Positions 48,701-60,261 of a DNA stretch of 64,000 nucleotides are shown here, in pieces; the stretch's first letter is position 1; every line of letters begins with the position of its first letter. The stretch comes from Macrostomum lignano (lineage: Eukaryota), in the NCBI GenBank assembly GCA_002269645.1, contig NIVC01002729.1, positions 1-64,000 on the forward strand, read 5' to 3'. Position numbers and translations under genes: made by a program. The notes under the pieces were generated by a model that was not told the origin of the DNA, ran no database searches, and saw nothing but the letters and a program-made list of their open reading frames with translations.

Positions 48701-51700
48701 CTTGGCTGGTGAGGTGGCAATTGTTTCCATGTTATGTATATCAGGATAGCCCCGCTTTTCTTATTAAATAAAACAAAATTTGTCAACAGGTTTGGCTCTT
48801 GAATGATGAAAGTAGCGGATTGCTAACCTAACCATTCTCGGTGGGGCTTAAGCGTGAGCGACATCCTTAAGCTTTTACACAGACACGGCGCGTAGCAAAA
48901 GAGGGATTTGTTTTGTAAACTGCAAATCAAAGTTTTGCATGTTTACTCAATCTAAATACTCACCCTTAACTAAGGCATAGCTAGCTCCCTCGTCTGTATA
49001 CTTGTATGCAAGAGCATAAAGTACTCTTAACTATTAATAACTAACCATCGAACCCGGTGAACCCTGTCTGATGGGCAGTTCTTGTGCTTGCACTCAATGA
49101 GACAGCAGGTTCACAGACAGCTCGGTGGGAAGAGCCCGATAACGGGCCCTTCCAAACCCCTCAGTGGGAAATTTTCAACTTATTCTGGTGGCCCGAGATT
49201 TATTTCCTCATAAACCAGACGACCGAAATTCCGTATGAAAATAGATTAAACTAGCCATCTAGGGCTTTGGGGCGCCCAATAAGCAAGGAAAAAATAATTC
49301 AAGGAAAACAATTAAAATAGCAAATTTTCTTAAAAAACCAATTCCTTCTTCAATTTTATAAATCACCTTATTCATTCAAGTAAAACTGTCACGGACAAAG
49401 ATGCTTGCTATGAATTTCTTTTTTTTATAAAACTAACCAAAAGACAACAAAATAAAGCTTTCACAAAGATAGCAGGCATTCCCCCTAAATAGAAAACATC
49501 CCCACAGATAGCAAGCATCCCCCAGATAGCAAGCATCCCGCAGATAGCAAGCACCCCCAAATAGCAAGCATCCCCCATCCAAGAGTCAGCAACCCCAGAT
49601 AGCAAGCATCCCCAGATAGCAAGCACTGCCAGATACCAAGCATCCCCCAGATAGCAAGCATCCCCCAGATAGCAAGCATCCCGCAGATAGCAAGCATCCC
49701 CCAGATAGCAAGCACCCCCCATCCAAGAGTCAGCAACCCCATATAGCAAGTATCCCGCAGATAGCAAGCACCCCCCATCCAAGAGTCAGCAACCCCAGAT
49801 AGCAAGCATCCCCCAGATAGCAAGCATCCCGCAGATAGCAAGCATCCCCCAGATAGCAAGCATCCCGCAGATAGCAAACATCCCCCAGATAGCAAGCATC
49901 CCCCAGATAGCAAGCATCCCCCAGATAGCAAACATCCCCCAGATAGCAAGCATCCCCCAGATAGCAAGCATCCCCCAGATAGCAAGCATCCCGCAGATAG
50001 CAAACATCCCCCAGATAGCAAGCATCCCCCAGATAGCAAGCATCCCCCAGATAGCAAACATCCCCCAGATAGCAAGCATCCCCCAGATAGCAAGCATCCC
50101 CCAGATAGCAAGCATCCCGCAGATAGCAAGCATCCCCCAGATAGCAAGCACCCCCAGATAGCAAGCATTCCCCAGATAGCAAGCATCCCCCAGATAGCAA
50201 GCATCCCCCAGATAGCAAGCATCCCGCAGATAGCAAGCATCCCGCAGATAGCAAGCATCCCGCAGATAGCAAGCATCCCGCAGATAGCAAGCATCCCCCA
50301 GATAGCAAGCATCCCCCAGATAGCAAGCACCCCCCAGATAGCAAGCATTCCCCAGATAGCAAGCATCCCCAAGACAGCTCAATTAAACGTCCGAACTTGG
50401 GATTTACACAGCTTATCGTTAGGTGCATCTGGCTGGCAAATCGTTTGATAAAAAAAATCAGTTAGTGAAACCTGAGGCTTGAGACAAAACACAATTTATA
50501 GCTCGAATTGGTCAGCATTCAGTTGCTACGATCTTTGAGTCGTTGCAATATTATTATTATAAAATGAAACTAACCGATTTCAGAGTCGCCGCGTTAGTCC
50601 CGCCAACCACCAGCGCCTGGTGGCCTACATTATCGGCTTCAATCTGGCCGTGACATCCTGCTTCATTTTTGTCTTCCTAATTGGCGACGTATCTGCGCTG
50701 CTGTTTATAGTCGAAATTTTCAAGCCTCTACTGCTTTACAGTGAGTTGTAATTCCAATTTTTCCGGGTGTAGAAGCTCGAACTCAAGGCTGCGCAACAAT
50801 TTTAATTATGCCAATCCCATTAAACAAGTCAGCACCAAGTGCCACAATTAAGTGCTGTAACCAACCAGAATACCTGATTTGAAAATTCTGTAAAATCAAC
50901 TTGATTGGCTGTATTGTCGATGACCGAGTGTTGTCCTGTGGCGGTGGCTTATAGTCACGCAAGTATTCAAAGATAATGGTCGCCACATTGACAACTGTTA
51001 GTAGAAGGACGCTGAAAATTCGATTTTCTTAGAAATGAGCTGGATTTTCTCGAGCATATCTGTCTATGACACAAATTCAGCACTACGCTTTCTCATGAGA
51101 AAGGGAATGTGAACTTAGAGTCAAAATGGAGCCCCAAACATTCCTATTCCGGTTTCTCTACGTCTACGCCAATCCCTTTATTTGGAGCCAAGTAGCTCCC
51201 GTTGTGCCTGAAACCGACCACTTTAGCATTTGGGGATCTCTATGGGGAGAAATGGGATAAATTATTATTCATGTGAACCAAAAGCTCTAGAATGGAGCCT
51301 GAAGCATTGGATCACGGTTCCTCTATGTCAATCCCTTAATTTGGAGCTTCAAATGCTTAAATGACGAGATGACCACGATAAACGCTCTTTATTTGTATGA
51401 AGAATTGTAGTGATAGTTATCTTTTAACAATGTGTCTGTTATCCTCCTACCCAAGCTCTCATTGTGTTACCTCGCCTTGATGGAGACACATTATAGACAG
51501 ATGATTTCTACCTCGACGAAGTGGAGGGTTAACTCGACGTTTCGAGACGTTTCGGAAGGCTTCCGATCACATGAAATCCCCATTTCTCCCCATAGAGATC
51601 CCCAAATTCTAATTGGTGGTCGGTTTTTGAGATAACGGGAGCTATTTGGCTCCAAATGAAGGGATTGGCGTAGAAAAATCGGGACCGAATATTTGAGTGT

Positions 51701-51937
51701 AGCCGCCTTCTACTTCAGCTGTCCATGGGCCGCTATCTAGAGAGCAAAGGGATCCGTGATCTAAAATATATTATATCTACAACTACATCAACGATCCACT
51801 GCATTGCAGGACCCTGGTGGCATCTGTTTGTGGGCCTATTATTGACCTATTTCACTGTCCAACTGTCTCTCCGATACGAAGAATGCGTCGAGGCTAAGAG
51901 AAAGAAAGTCAACAAGGTCTGTCAGAAAATTAATTGA
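45763..51937 (+). CDS. HHAT: HHAT/Rasp-like MBOAT acyltransferase, copy 1; exons 45763-46018, 46253-46299, 46423-46539, 47692-48708, 50584-50740, 51810-51937; ~573 aa
   Basis: FSGPILTFADF, DGVELPHWPDCISRVYTYRQMWRVFDRGL..IYIPMGG, FVSIYHG align with HHAT WRYFD and WHG catalytic motifs; multi-TM; all junctions phase-compatible. Confidence 0.85.
46630..47545. repeat. 22-bp minisatellite (about 41 copies) in HHAT copy 1 intron 3
   Basis: Unit TCAAGTGTCCTCAAACCTGTTC. Confidence 0.95.
49490..50372. repeat. 18-bp minisatellite (about 48 copies) in HHAT copy 1 intron 4
   Basis: Unit CAGATAGCAAGCATCCCC. Confidence 0.95.
51164..51673. mobile_element. Old inverted-repeat element in HHAT copy 1 intron 5
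   Basis: ~95-bp imperfect inverted arms (TCTACGCCAATCCCTT..GGGGATCTCTATGGGGAGAAATGGG and its reverse complement) around a ~320-bp spacer. Confidence 0.65.
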
Positions 51938-52399
51938 TCTGAAACACCTGGAAACATATTCAAATTCATATATCAATAATTCATTCACAGATCCGTATGA
52001 AATATGACTGCTAAATATTAATTAATATTTTATTTACTTAGTTAACTACTATTCCCCATCAACCTGAACCAATATGTTGATTATTCGGATTAGCAAGGTG
52101 ACTGTAATTTTCCCAAGTGCTTATCCTGCTTTGATTTGAATAAATAATCCTGAAGCTTACTGTATGAGTTCTAATCTGAACTTAAATTAATGCGTCTCGT
52201 GGATAGACTACAGCACAAGCAAACATTAATGAATATATATAGTCACTGAAGTCTAACAATCTATTGAATAAAAATCTGATCGGCATACAAACAGCTCTCC
52301 CAATTAAACTTTAGTGAATTTGAGTCATCCGTTCTCTTTTATATATGAGCTGAGTGAAGGGTAAATATAAATAAATAAGGATAACAATGGCAGAAGAGC

Positions 52400-52630
52400 T
52401 GTGGGGCGACCTGGCGCAATGCCCTCGGCAACATGGTCCCACAGCCAGTGCTGACACCAATTCTGCCCATCCCGCTGGCTCCTGAGCACATGCAAGCGCG
52501 CCAATACTGTACGCAGGCACGCACTCACACACACGCTCACACAGGGTGTACAGCGGCCCTGACTTACCTGATCGTCAATCATGTACACTGTCTGTGCCTT
52601 GGGGTTTGGCACTCATGGCTGTGAATCGCA
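52400..52630 (-). mobile_element. Diverged SINE-like repeat related to family A; shares a segment with 31005-31095
   Basis: CATGGTCCCACAGCCAGTGCTGAC present at both loci; CAGCGGCCCT..CATGTACACT..GCCTTGGGG resembles the family A body. Confidence 0.55.
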
Positions 52631-53211
52631 TGACCCGGTGTCAAAAAAAAATGGTCCGAATGACGTCCTGAAATCAGAGTCCTCTGGTACGCATTATGTA
52701 CAAAGTTTTATAGTCGAAATGACGTCCGTTTGCTACTGACGCGGGACTATTTTAGTACTGGGAAATTTGTCTTCTATTCTACTATTAGTAGAAAATGAAA
52801 CTTTTTTGTTTCTATACAATACAGTACGGTGTTTAGGGTTGGTTGCTGAAATTTACTTGTTTATTTTTATTTCAATTATTTGCTGCAAAGGTTAACCACT
52901 TCTGGCCAACAGAAAATATTTTACGGTATATACAGTATACTGAGTATAAATGTTTACGAGCAAACGTACTTATTACCAGGAAAGGAAAATAGCAAAATTT
53001 TTAATGATCGGAAATAAGAATAAAACGCAGATTAAAAGTTATTGAAATAGTTACTAAACTTACTCGAAATACACTACAGCTACAGTAAAATTTAAACCTG
53101 TCGCCCAACAAGTCGTTACTAAGCAGAAATACATGTAAAAACTAGCGAGAAACGAAGCAAAAGCATGGTTTTTAAAATCTGTCAGTCTTCTAATCATCGT
53201 CGCTACTGGAA

Positions 53212-53970
53212 TTAATTATTCTTCGACGCCGTTGCCTGCTGATGCCGAGCCGCATCTGGCTGTTGGTGCCCAGCCGGAGGTCCTACTGTTCGGCGGCGCT
53301 TCACCTCGGCGGCTTCTCTCTCTGAAGCGTGCTTCAGTAGGTCTCGAATCGCACCCTCTACCTCAGCCTCGGAGGGCCTCTGTCTCTCATCAGGGTAGAG
53401 ATCCTCAACTGCGTGTGCAGGTTGTGATGGGGTGAATGGATTTGGTTTGTTAATTTGACAACAGACCTCCAAGGAAAACAGCGACAATATTCAAGAAAAG
53501 AGAACAAGAAGGGATCGAAGCCCACCTGGCCAATATTCGTGCACAAGCCCTAAATGAATGTGGCTGCCGGAATCGAACCCGGGACCGTGGTTTGCGAGTC
53601 GGACGCGTTTACCGCCGAGCTGCTCTGCCCAAAGCAACAGACATCATCTGGATAGTTGTGTTTCGGTCTGTGTATTGCATATTTTTTAGAGTTTGAATTG
53701 CTGTGTTGAGCAAATTTGAAGCAAACTGCAATTAATCGTTTGAAGCGCTGTGCTGCATTGAAGTCCTTTGACTTTGCAGCCCTCTTTAGCTGCAGGCCGC
53801 TGACGCTATTACTAAACGAGTGATAAAAGGAGGAGAAAGGGGAAGAAATCCCATCGCCAGAATTCCATTCCCTGTAATCCATCAGCGGAAATCCCATGTC
53901 TTGAATCTCATCTTCCAAATCGTCTCCAAATCCTCTACAAAACCTTTCAAACACCATATCTTGCTTTCCC
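53212..53970 (-). CDS. Probable BEN-like/DUF4806-type protein (partial, two segments)
   Basis: ..GLQLKRAAKSKDFNAAQRFKRLIA + VEDLYPDERQRPSEAEVEGAIRDLLKHASER fits the BEN/DUF4806 C-terminal pattern; acceptor CACGCAG at 53409; donor near 53726 is non-canonical as assembled. Confidence 0.45.
53560..53630 (-). mobile_element. tRNA-derived SINE head
   Basis: GCAGCTCGGCGGTAAACGCGTCCGACTCGCAAACCACGGTCCCGGGTTCGATTCC (box B present), similar to the family B head; no acceptor-stem pairing. Confidence 0.6.
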
Positions 53971-54019
53971 TGTTTGCAGAAACTGACTGCTGCCATTATC
54001 CAGACTCCAGACCCAGCCT

Positions 54020-54480
54020 CTCCTGTCTGCTCTCTCATCTCTAGTCTCTCATCTCTCATCTCTCCTCTCTGCGCTCTCATCTTTATCCTATTCTTTCTCC
54101 TCACTACTTTCTCCTCTCTCTACTCTCTTACCTCTCTCATCTCTCTGATCTTTCATCTCTCGTCTCTCTCCCCTCTCTCTCTTCTATTTCTTCTCTCTTC
54201 TCTTTCGTCTATATTCTCTCCTCTCTCCTCTTTCTCCTCTATTTCCTCGATCTGTACTCTTTTATCCCTCCTCTCTCCCATCTCCTCACCTCTCTCCTGC
54301 TCTCTCGTTTCTTCCCTCTACTCTACTCTATTCTCTTTCTTCTTCTCTTCTCTCTCCCTCTTCATTCCCGCCTCACTCCTCTCTTCTCTTCCACCTGTCA
54401 TCTCTAATCTCCCCTCTCTCATGTCTACTCTCTTTTCTATCATCTCTCCTCTCTTCTCTTTTTACTCTTCTCTTCTCTTG
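54020..54480. repeat. CT-rich low-complexity tract
   Basis: Degenerate CTCT/TCTC sequence. Confidence 0.9.
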
Positions 54481-55128
54481 CGCCACGCACGAAGTTTAGT
54501 TTAGTTTAGAGGCCTTTAGTTTAGAGAAGTATAATTTAGAGGCCTAAATTATCGATCGTGAACCTATTATACTGTACGAACCGTTCTAAATACGCACACA
54601 ACAAGCACAAAGTAAAACGGCCCAATTGGGGGCCACACCAAACGCAAATTACACAGAGAAGAATGGAAATGATACGATTAATTGTCAGTTTATGTGGATA
54701 AATCATGATAGCTTGAATGTGCGTACGCAACCCCCCCCCCAAACTTTATCTCTGACATATCACAAAAATGACTACAATCTTTGCAGACATCAAATTTTCT
54801 TCATGAAACTGATTTTCAATTTTTCATTAAAATCTTCTCCGTTAAACGACTATCTAATTATATCAATATTATTATCTTATCTTATCTTATTGAAGTGGCA
54901 GCTTTTGTTTTCCATCTCCATATTACACGTCCATTTTATTCCTTCTTCACCAATGCGGTACACTCGCATGAATGTCTATGGTCGAACTTGTACTTTTCAA
55001 AATCTACAGTGCTCTGTTCAACCCCTGCAAGGCTGCAAAACAAACAGCATGTTTTACTTAAGTCAGAGAAGAAAAGCTTAGCTTAAAAGAACGTTCAGCC
55101 TTGTCCTACCAGATAAGATCGAACATCC

Positions 55129-58100
55129 ATGACGATGGCTTCCACTTCGTCAACTGCAAACTCGGTGCAGACAAGCGGAGACCTTCAAGGCAAGGAAGCC
55201 GAACCGATCAAACGCTCAGCCGCCGCCTCGGTGTCAACTTCCGTTCCCCCCAGCGCTGGGCCTCGGGAAACCCTGCTGTACGCCTCCGTGTTCGCTGCCG
55301 CATTCGGCTACGCGGCTGGCGACTTCTATCTAAACATTGGCAGGTCGCCAAAGAAAGGTTCGATATGATAAATTCACTCTGGTGGCAATCAGGTGTATAG
55401 GTACATGTTGGCCAGGTATAAATATCGTTCGAGAATCTTGTCGTGTGACTTCCGTCCAAGAGAAAGTCTGTGCTGCTGTACACCCTGTATGAGCGTGTGC
55501 CTGCGCACGTATCCGTGTGAGTGCTCAGGGATCAGCGAAGTGGGCCGGACTGCTTGCCAATAGTAGTGTACTTCTATTACTTCTATTAGTAACAGTGTAC
55601 TTCGTTATTCCTTATCAGAACTCTATCAATCATATGTCGCTCGTAAAACCTTTCTATCTAGCTCGTACGCTATCATTATAGAACAGTATAATTATTTAAT
55701 TGTTTCGCATTCGCTTGCAGAGTTGCACCCTATGACGCTAACGAATGGCTGGCTATCCAAGTGGATGGTAAGAAGGATCCGAGAGAATGGATTAATTTCT
55801 TAACTTGATCTTTAGTGTTGTAGTCTCTGCATGGTAACTATCTCTGAAAAAACTACAAGTTCAATGTGTTTAAAGGAGTTGCTTAGATGTAGTCTTTGTC
55901 TCGCGTAGATACACCGCAGGCAATAAAATGTTATCAGCTCGTTCAGCCTCGCCGGTGGTCCAATCTTAATCCACAGGAGCGCTCCTTTTCGTTGGAATCG
56001 GATCTGAAAGACGGCTACAAATTCTTAATCTTTGCTAGCGTCGGCTTCTTGTTGGTCAGTCAGGTCACGATTCGTTTGGCTCCGAGATGGGTGAGTCAAT
56101 ATTCAATGCTGGCGGAATCGATTTCTAATGACAAGATAGGAGAGACCGTAACAGAGTGATCAGTCAGGATAGGAGTGACAATGGCAGAGTGATCAGTCAG
56201 GATAGGAGTGACAGTGGCAGATTGATCAGTCAGGGTAGGAGTGACAGTGACAGAGTGAACAGTCAGGAAGGAGTGACAGTGACAGAGTGATCAGTTAGGA
56301 TAGGAGTGACAGTGACAGAGTGCTCAACCGAAATGCCATATCCTGCAAGAGCAGCTGAGAAACTGTCAAGTTCCCCATTCCTCATCAGGTGCACTACCTG
56401 GCTACTACAAGCTTCACCTTGGCTGTGACAGCGGCTATCCTTGGTTACAGAACAGCGATGTACTTTCTGGTGTTGCACTGCGGTGCTGTCTGCATGGGAT
56501 ATTTCTCCCAGTTCGGTGTCTGGCTGTTTATTCTGTCGGCAATGATGCTGCAAAACTCGGATTACAGCAGCGCGCTCTTTCAAGTCCTGGATCTCGAAGG
56601 TGATTACTCTCACCTGTTCTACCCAATCTCTGGCTACCTGTACTGCCGCTGCATCTCCGCTGGACTCAGCCTCAACCAAATGCTGCGGGACCAGAGACGC
56701 CAACCTGCAGATGAGGCACAGCAGCTGAGCCTGCTCCAGTTCCTTAGACTGCACCTTCCCCGAGCTTTGGCTTACGGATTTTACCTGCCCTGGCACTTTT
56801 CCGGCCCGATCCTCACCTTTGCTGACTTCTGTCGGGAGGCTGAGAGACCCGACAGGCTGGTGTGGAAGCCGAACCTGCTGCTGCTACTGGCGTGGCGAGC
56901 GACTCGCCTGTTGGTGTGGATGCTGCTGCTTCAGGTGCTGCATCATTTCCTACCTGTTGGAGCATTTCTGGAGAGCATTCGGTCTTACGAGTCCGTGCCC
57001 TACAAGCGGCTCGTGTTTTCAATGTACCTGCATGGCCAGAACTTCATGCTGGTCTACGTGCAGCTGTACGGCTGGCCGGGTCTCGTGTCCAGCATTGACG
57101 GAGTCGAGCTGCCGCACTGGCCCGACTGCATCAGCCGGGTCTATACTTACAGGCAGATGTGGCGCGTGTTCGACAGGGGGCTGGCCTCCTTCATGTACAG
57201 CCACATCTACATCCCCATGGGAGGCAGTCGGCACGGCCTTGTGAGACAGGTAGCTGCTGTGGCTGCCAGCTTCGCCTTTGTCTCCATCTACCACGGCGAC
57301 TCGACCAGCGTCCGCATCTGGGCTGCGCTGAACGCACTGCAGCTGCTTCTGGAGACCCTGGCCTGCGCTTTCTATGAGAGGAAGTTGAAGACGTGGCTGG
57401 TGAGTCCGGGGATCAGATTGACTGACCCAGAGTGAGCTCCGAGTGACTGATCCAGAGTGAGCTCCGAGTGACTGACCCAGAGTGAGCTCCGAGTGACTGA
57501 CCCAGAGTGAGCTCCGAGTGACTGACCCAGAGTGAGCTCCGAGTGACTGACCCCAGAGTGAGCTCCGAGTGACTGACCCAGAGTGAGCTCCGAGTGACTG
57601 ACCCCAGAGTGAGCTCCGAGTGACTGACCCCAGAGTGAGCTCCGAGTGACTGACCCAGAGTGAACTCCGAGTGACTGACCCAGAGTGAACTCCGAGTGAC
57701 TGACCCAGAGTGAGATCCGAGTGACTGATCCCAGAGTGAGCTCCGAGTGACTGACCCCATAATGATGATACAGAATGAACTCGAAATGATTTGATTCTGG
57801 GCTAGTTCAGGACTGGACTTAAGTCCATTGTGAGAGCATGCTTAATTCTGTAATGATTAGGGAAACACTCGTACCTTTAAATATTTCAGAGCCTGATCCT
57901 GAGTCCAAAAAGCCACCAGCGCTTGGTTGCGTACATTATTGGCTGCAATCTGATCCTCACGTCTTGTTTCATCTTTGTTTTTCTCATGAATACTCTGGAC
58001 GCTTTGTGGCTCGTTGTTGAAATCTTCAAACCGCTTCTTTTTTATAGTAAGGCTACATTTCTTACATCCATGTACATGTATATTGCAATAAGCCTTTCTT

Positions 58101-58269
58101 TACAGATGAAAATAGCCTACCCAATCGAAACTATAAACTTAATAAACACATTGCAGGACCCTGGTGGCATCTTTTTTTGACATTAACCCTATCCTACTGC
58201 AGCGTACAAATCTCATTGTGGTATGAAAGTCGCGATCAGTCCAAAAATAAGGTCCAGAAAGACAATTGA
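55129..58269 (+). CDS. HHAT: HHAT/Rasp-like MBOAT acyltransferase, copy 2; exons 55129-55357, 55721-55767, 55977-56090, 56389-57399, 57890-58046, 58157-58269; ~556 aa
   Basis: Same six-exon structure and intron phases as copy 1; catalytic motifs WRVFD and SIYHG intact; exon 1 donor is weak (G|GTTCGA). Confidence 0.85.
56150..56325. repeat. 33-bp minisatellite (about 5 copies) in HHAT copy 2 intron 3
   Basis: Unit CAGAGTGATCAGTCAGGATAGGAGTGACAGTGG. Confidence 0.9.
57400..57758. repeat. 25-26 bp minisatellite (about 13 copies) starting at the HHAT copy 2 intron 4 donor
   Basis: Unit GTGAGCTCCGAGTGACTGACCCAGA. Confidence 0.95.
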
Positions 58270-58654
58270 TTTGTGAAATGATAATCGATGAGTGGCTCTA
58301 GATGGTAAGCAAATGAGCCAGCCCATAACGCTATTGATAGTTTCATTTTTTATTCTTATGCGCAGTTACTAACTAGCTCATTTTCATCATTTTACGTTGC
58401 AAACACAATGAAACTACAAGTACATGAATGTATATTTTACATACATGTATCGGTCTGAAAGTAAAAACTTTCCGTCTTCTTAGACATCGCTTGGATCTGC
58501 ATGGTTATCTGAACTGGTTACCATTAGTTTTGACCCATAAAGCTTTTCTTAATACTGTTCATACAGTGTTCCGTGGTCTTCCTGCCCAAGACAAATATAT
58601 CTAAGAAAGGGCTTGCATACTTTGATCTCTTCATTGTCGCTATTTGTTGATGAT

Positions 58655-59012
58655 TTTTTTTTCTTAGAGGCAGGGGGGTTGTGTGCACCCTAGCGCACTT
58701 TAAGCGACATAGGCACACAACCGGCGAGAGGCATTACTGCGGCATACAAGCTGAGCAGGCATACAAGCGCGCGGATACGTACGCAGGCACACACTCACAC
58801 AGGAGTGTACAGCGGCCCTTAACTTTATATTATCGTTAGGCATGTACACTTCACTGCGCCTTGGGGGGTTGGCTCTCAAGGCCGTTAATTGCACGAGCAG
58901 AGCCAAGCCGAGATTCCAATTCAGCCCCAAAATAATGTGACTGCACTTGGAATCGAGCCTGGGTCGCTGGCACACCAGAGCAGCTGCACTACCGCTGGGC
59001 TACGGCCCCCCT
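58655..59012 (-). mobile_element. SINE family A, full length
   Basis: Same body as the 4225 copy; 14-bp TSD TATTTGTTGATGAT at 58641-58654 and 59013-59026. Confidence 0.9.
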
Positions 59013-59894
59013 TATTTGTTGATGATATTTACAAACATACATTTAGTACGCGCAGTTTTAAACATGAAAGAAATATGAAATTAATAAAAGCATCAGCTTT
59101 GTATGTGGTTTTGTTTTAACGGTCTGTTCGTTTGTTTAACAATTTAACTTTCACATCAAAGTTGGAAATAAAAACTATTTGGGCAAGCCTCGAAACAAGT
59201 AGGTAGGCCTATGGATAAAATCATCACAAATGCTAAGATGCTATGTTAAGACGAAGTCGAGGCGTTGAGATTGAGACTGTCATTTACTGTCATTGAGAAG
59301 GCATTTATACATACTAACTATGCTATGCATTTATTTATTTGCTGTGCATATTAGAATGAGTGCAGCCCATTTCGGCGAAGGAATTTTCGGCGAAAGACGC
59401 TTCGGCGAAAGGGAATTTTAAGTTTCAATAGATGTATAGACCTAGCCTAGGCCTGTATATTTAATCAGTGACTTCAAAAATGTACCTTTTTACTTCTTGA
59501 CCTTGGCTTGAAAGACAAGAATAGAGTATCACTATCAGCAAGCCAGTCAGTGTGAGTGAGTGAGGCATAGCTAAAAGCTTCCTGTACTAGATAGTTTACA
59601 AACCACAATCAAGCAAAGTTGTGTTTTAGGTAGATCCAGAAATTTTTGAATGGGGTATACTAGTGCATAGATTACTTGGCTTAATGTGTTTTGCTTTTGA
59701 TTAATTTATTTATATAACAATATTTAAAAAAATGAAACTTAATGGCAGGGTGCCACCCTAAATCTTCTAGACTATATAGTTATTGTTTAAAATGTATTTT
59801 TTTTATCATTTTTTAATTTAGCTTTGCATAGCGGCAATTGAAATATTTATAATTATTTTAACCTTTAGTTTATAATAATTGTATATTGATAGGC

Positions 59895-60249
59895 TGGGGG
59901 CTGTAGCCCAGCAGTAGCACAGCTGCTCTGGTGTGCCAGCGACCCAGGCTCGATTCCAAGTGCAATCACATTAATTTGGGGCTAAATTGGAATCTCAGCT
60001 TGGCTCTGCTCGTGCAATTAACGACCTTGAGAACCAACCTCCCAAGGCGTAGTGAAGTGTACATGCCTAAAGATAATATAAAGTTAGGGCCACTATATAC
60101 TCCTATGTGAGTGTGTGCCTGCGTATGTATCCGCACGCTTATATGCCTGCTCAGCTTATATGTAGCAATAATGCCTTTCGCCGGTTGTATGTCTATATCG
60201 CTTAAAGTGTGCCAGGATACACACAACCCCCCTGCCTCTAATAAAAAAA
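59895..60249 (+). mobile_element. SINE family A, full length, more diverged
   Basis: Box A/B head, poly(A) tail, 12-bp TSD ATATTGATAGGC at 59883-59894 and 60250-60261. Confidence 0.9.
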
Positions 60250-60261
60250 ATATTGATAGGC

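Noticed and set aside
46485-50428. Long ORFs in the 22-bp and 18-bp arrays
   Set aside because: Repeat translations inside HHAT introns; open in several frames at once.
51520-51570. Penelope-type hammerhead-like motif (minus: GTGATCGGAAGCCTTCCGAAACGTC)
   Set aside because: CUGANGA core is broken and stems I and III are not evident; at most a relic.
40077-58269. Functional clustering of a Gab adaptor with HHAT/Rasp (EGFR-ligand acylation)
   Set aside because: Adjacency alone is no evidence; no shared promoter or operon-like spacing (3.5 kb of TE debris between them).
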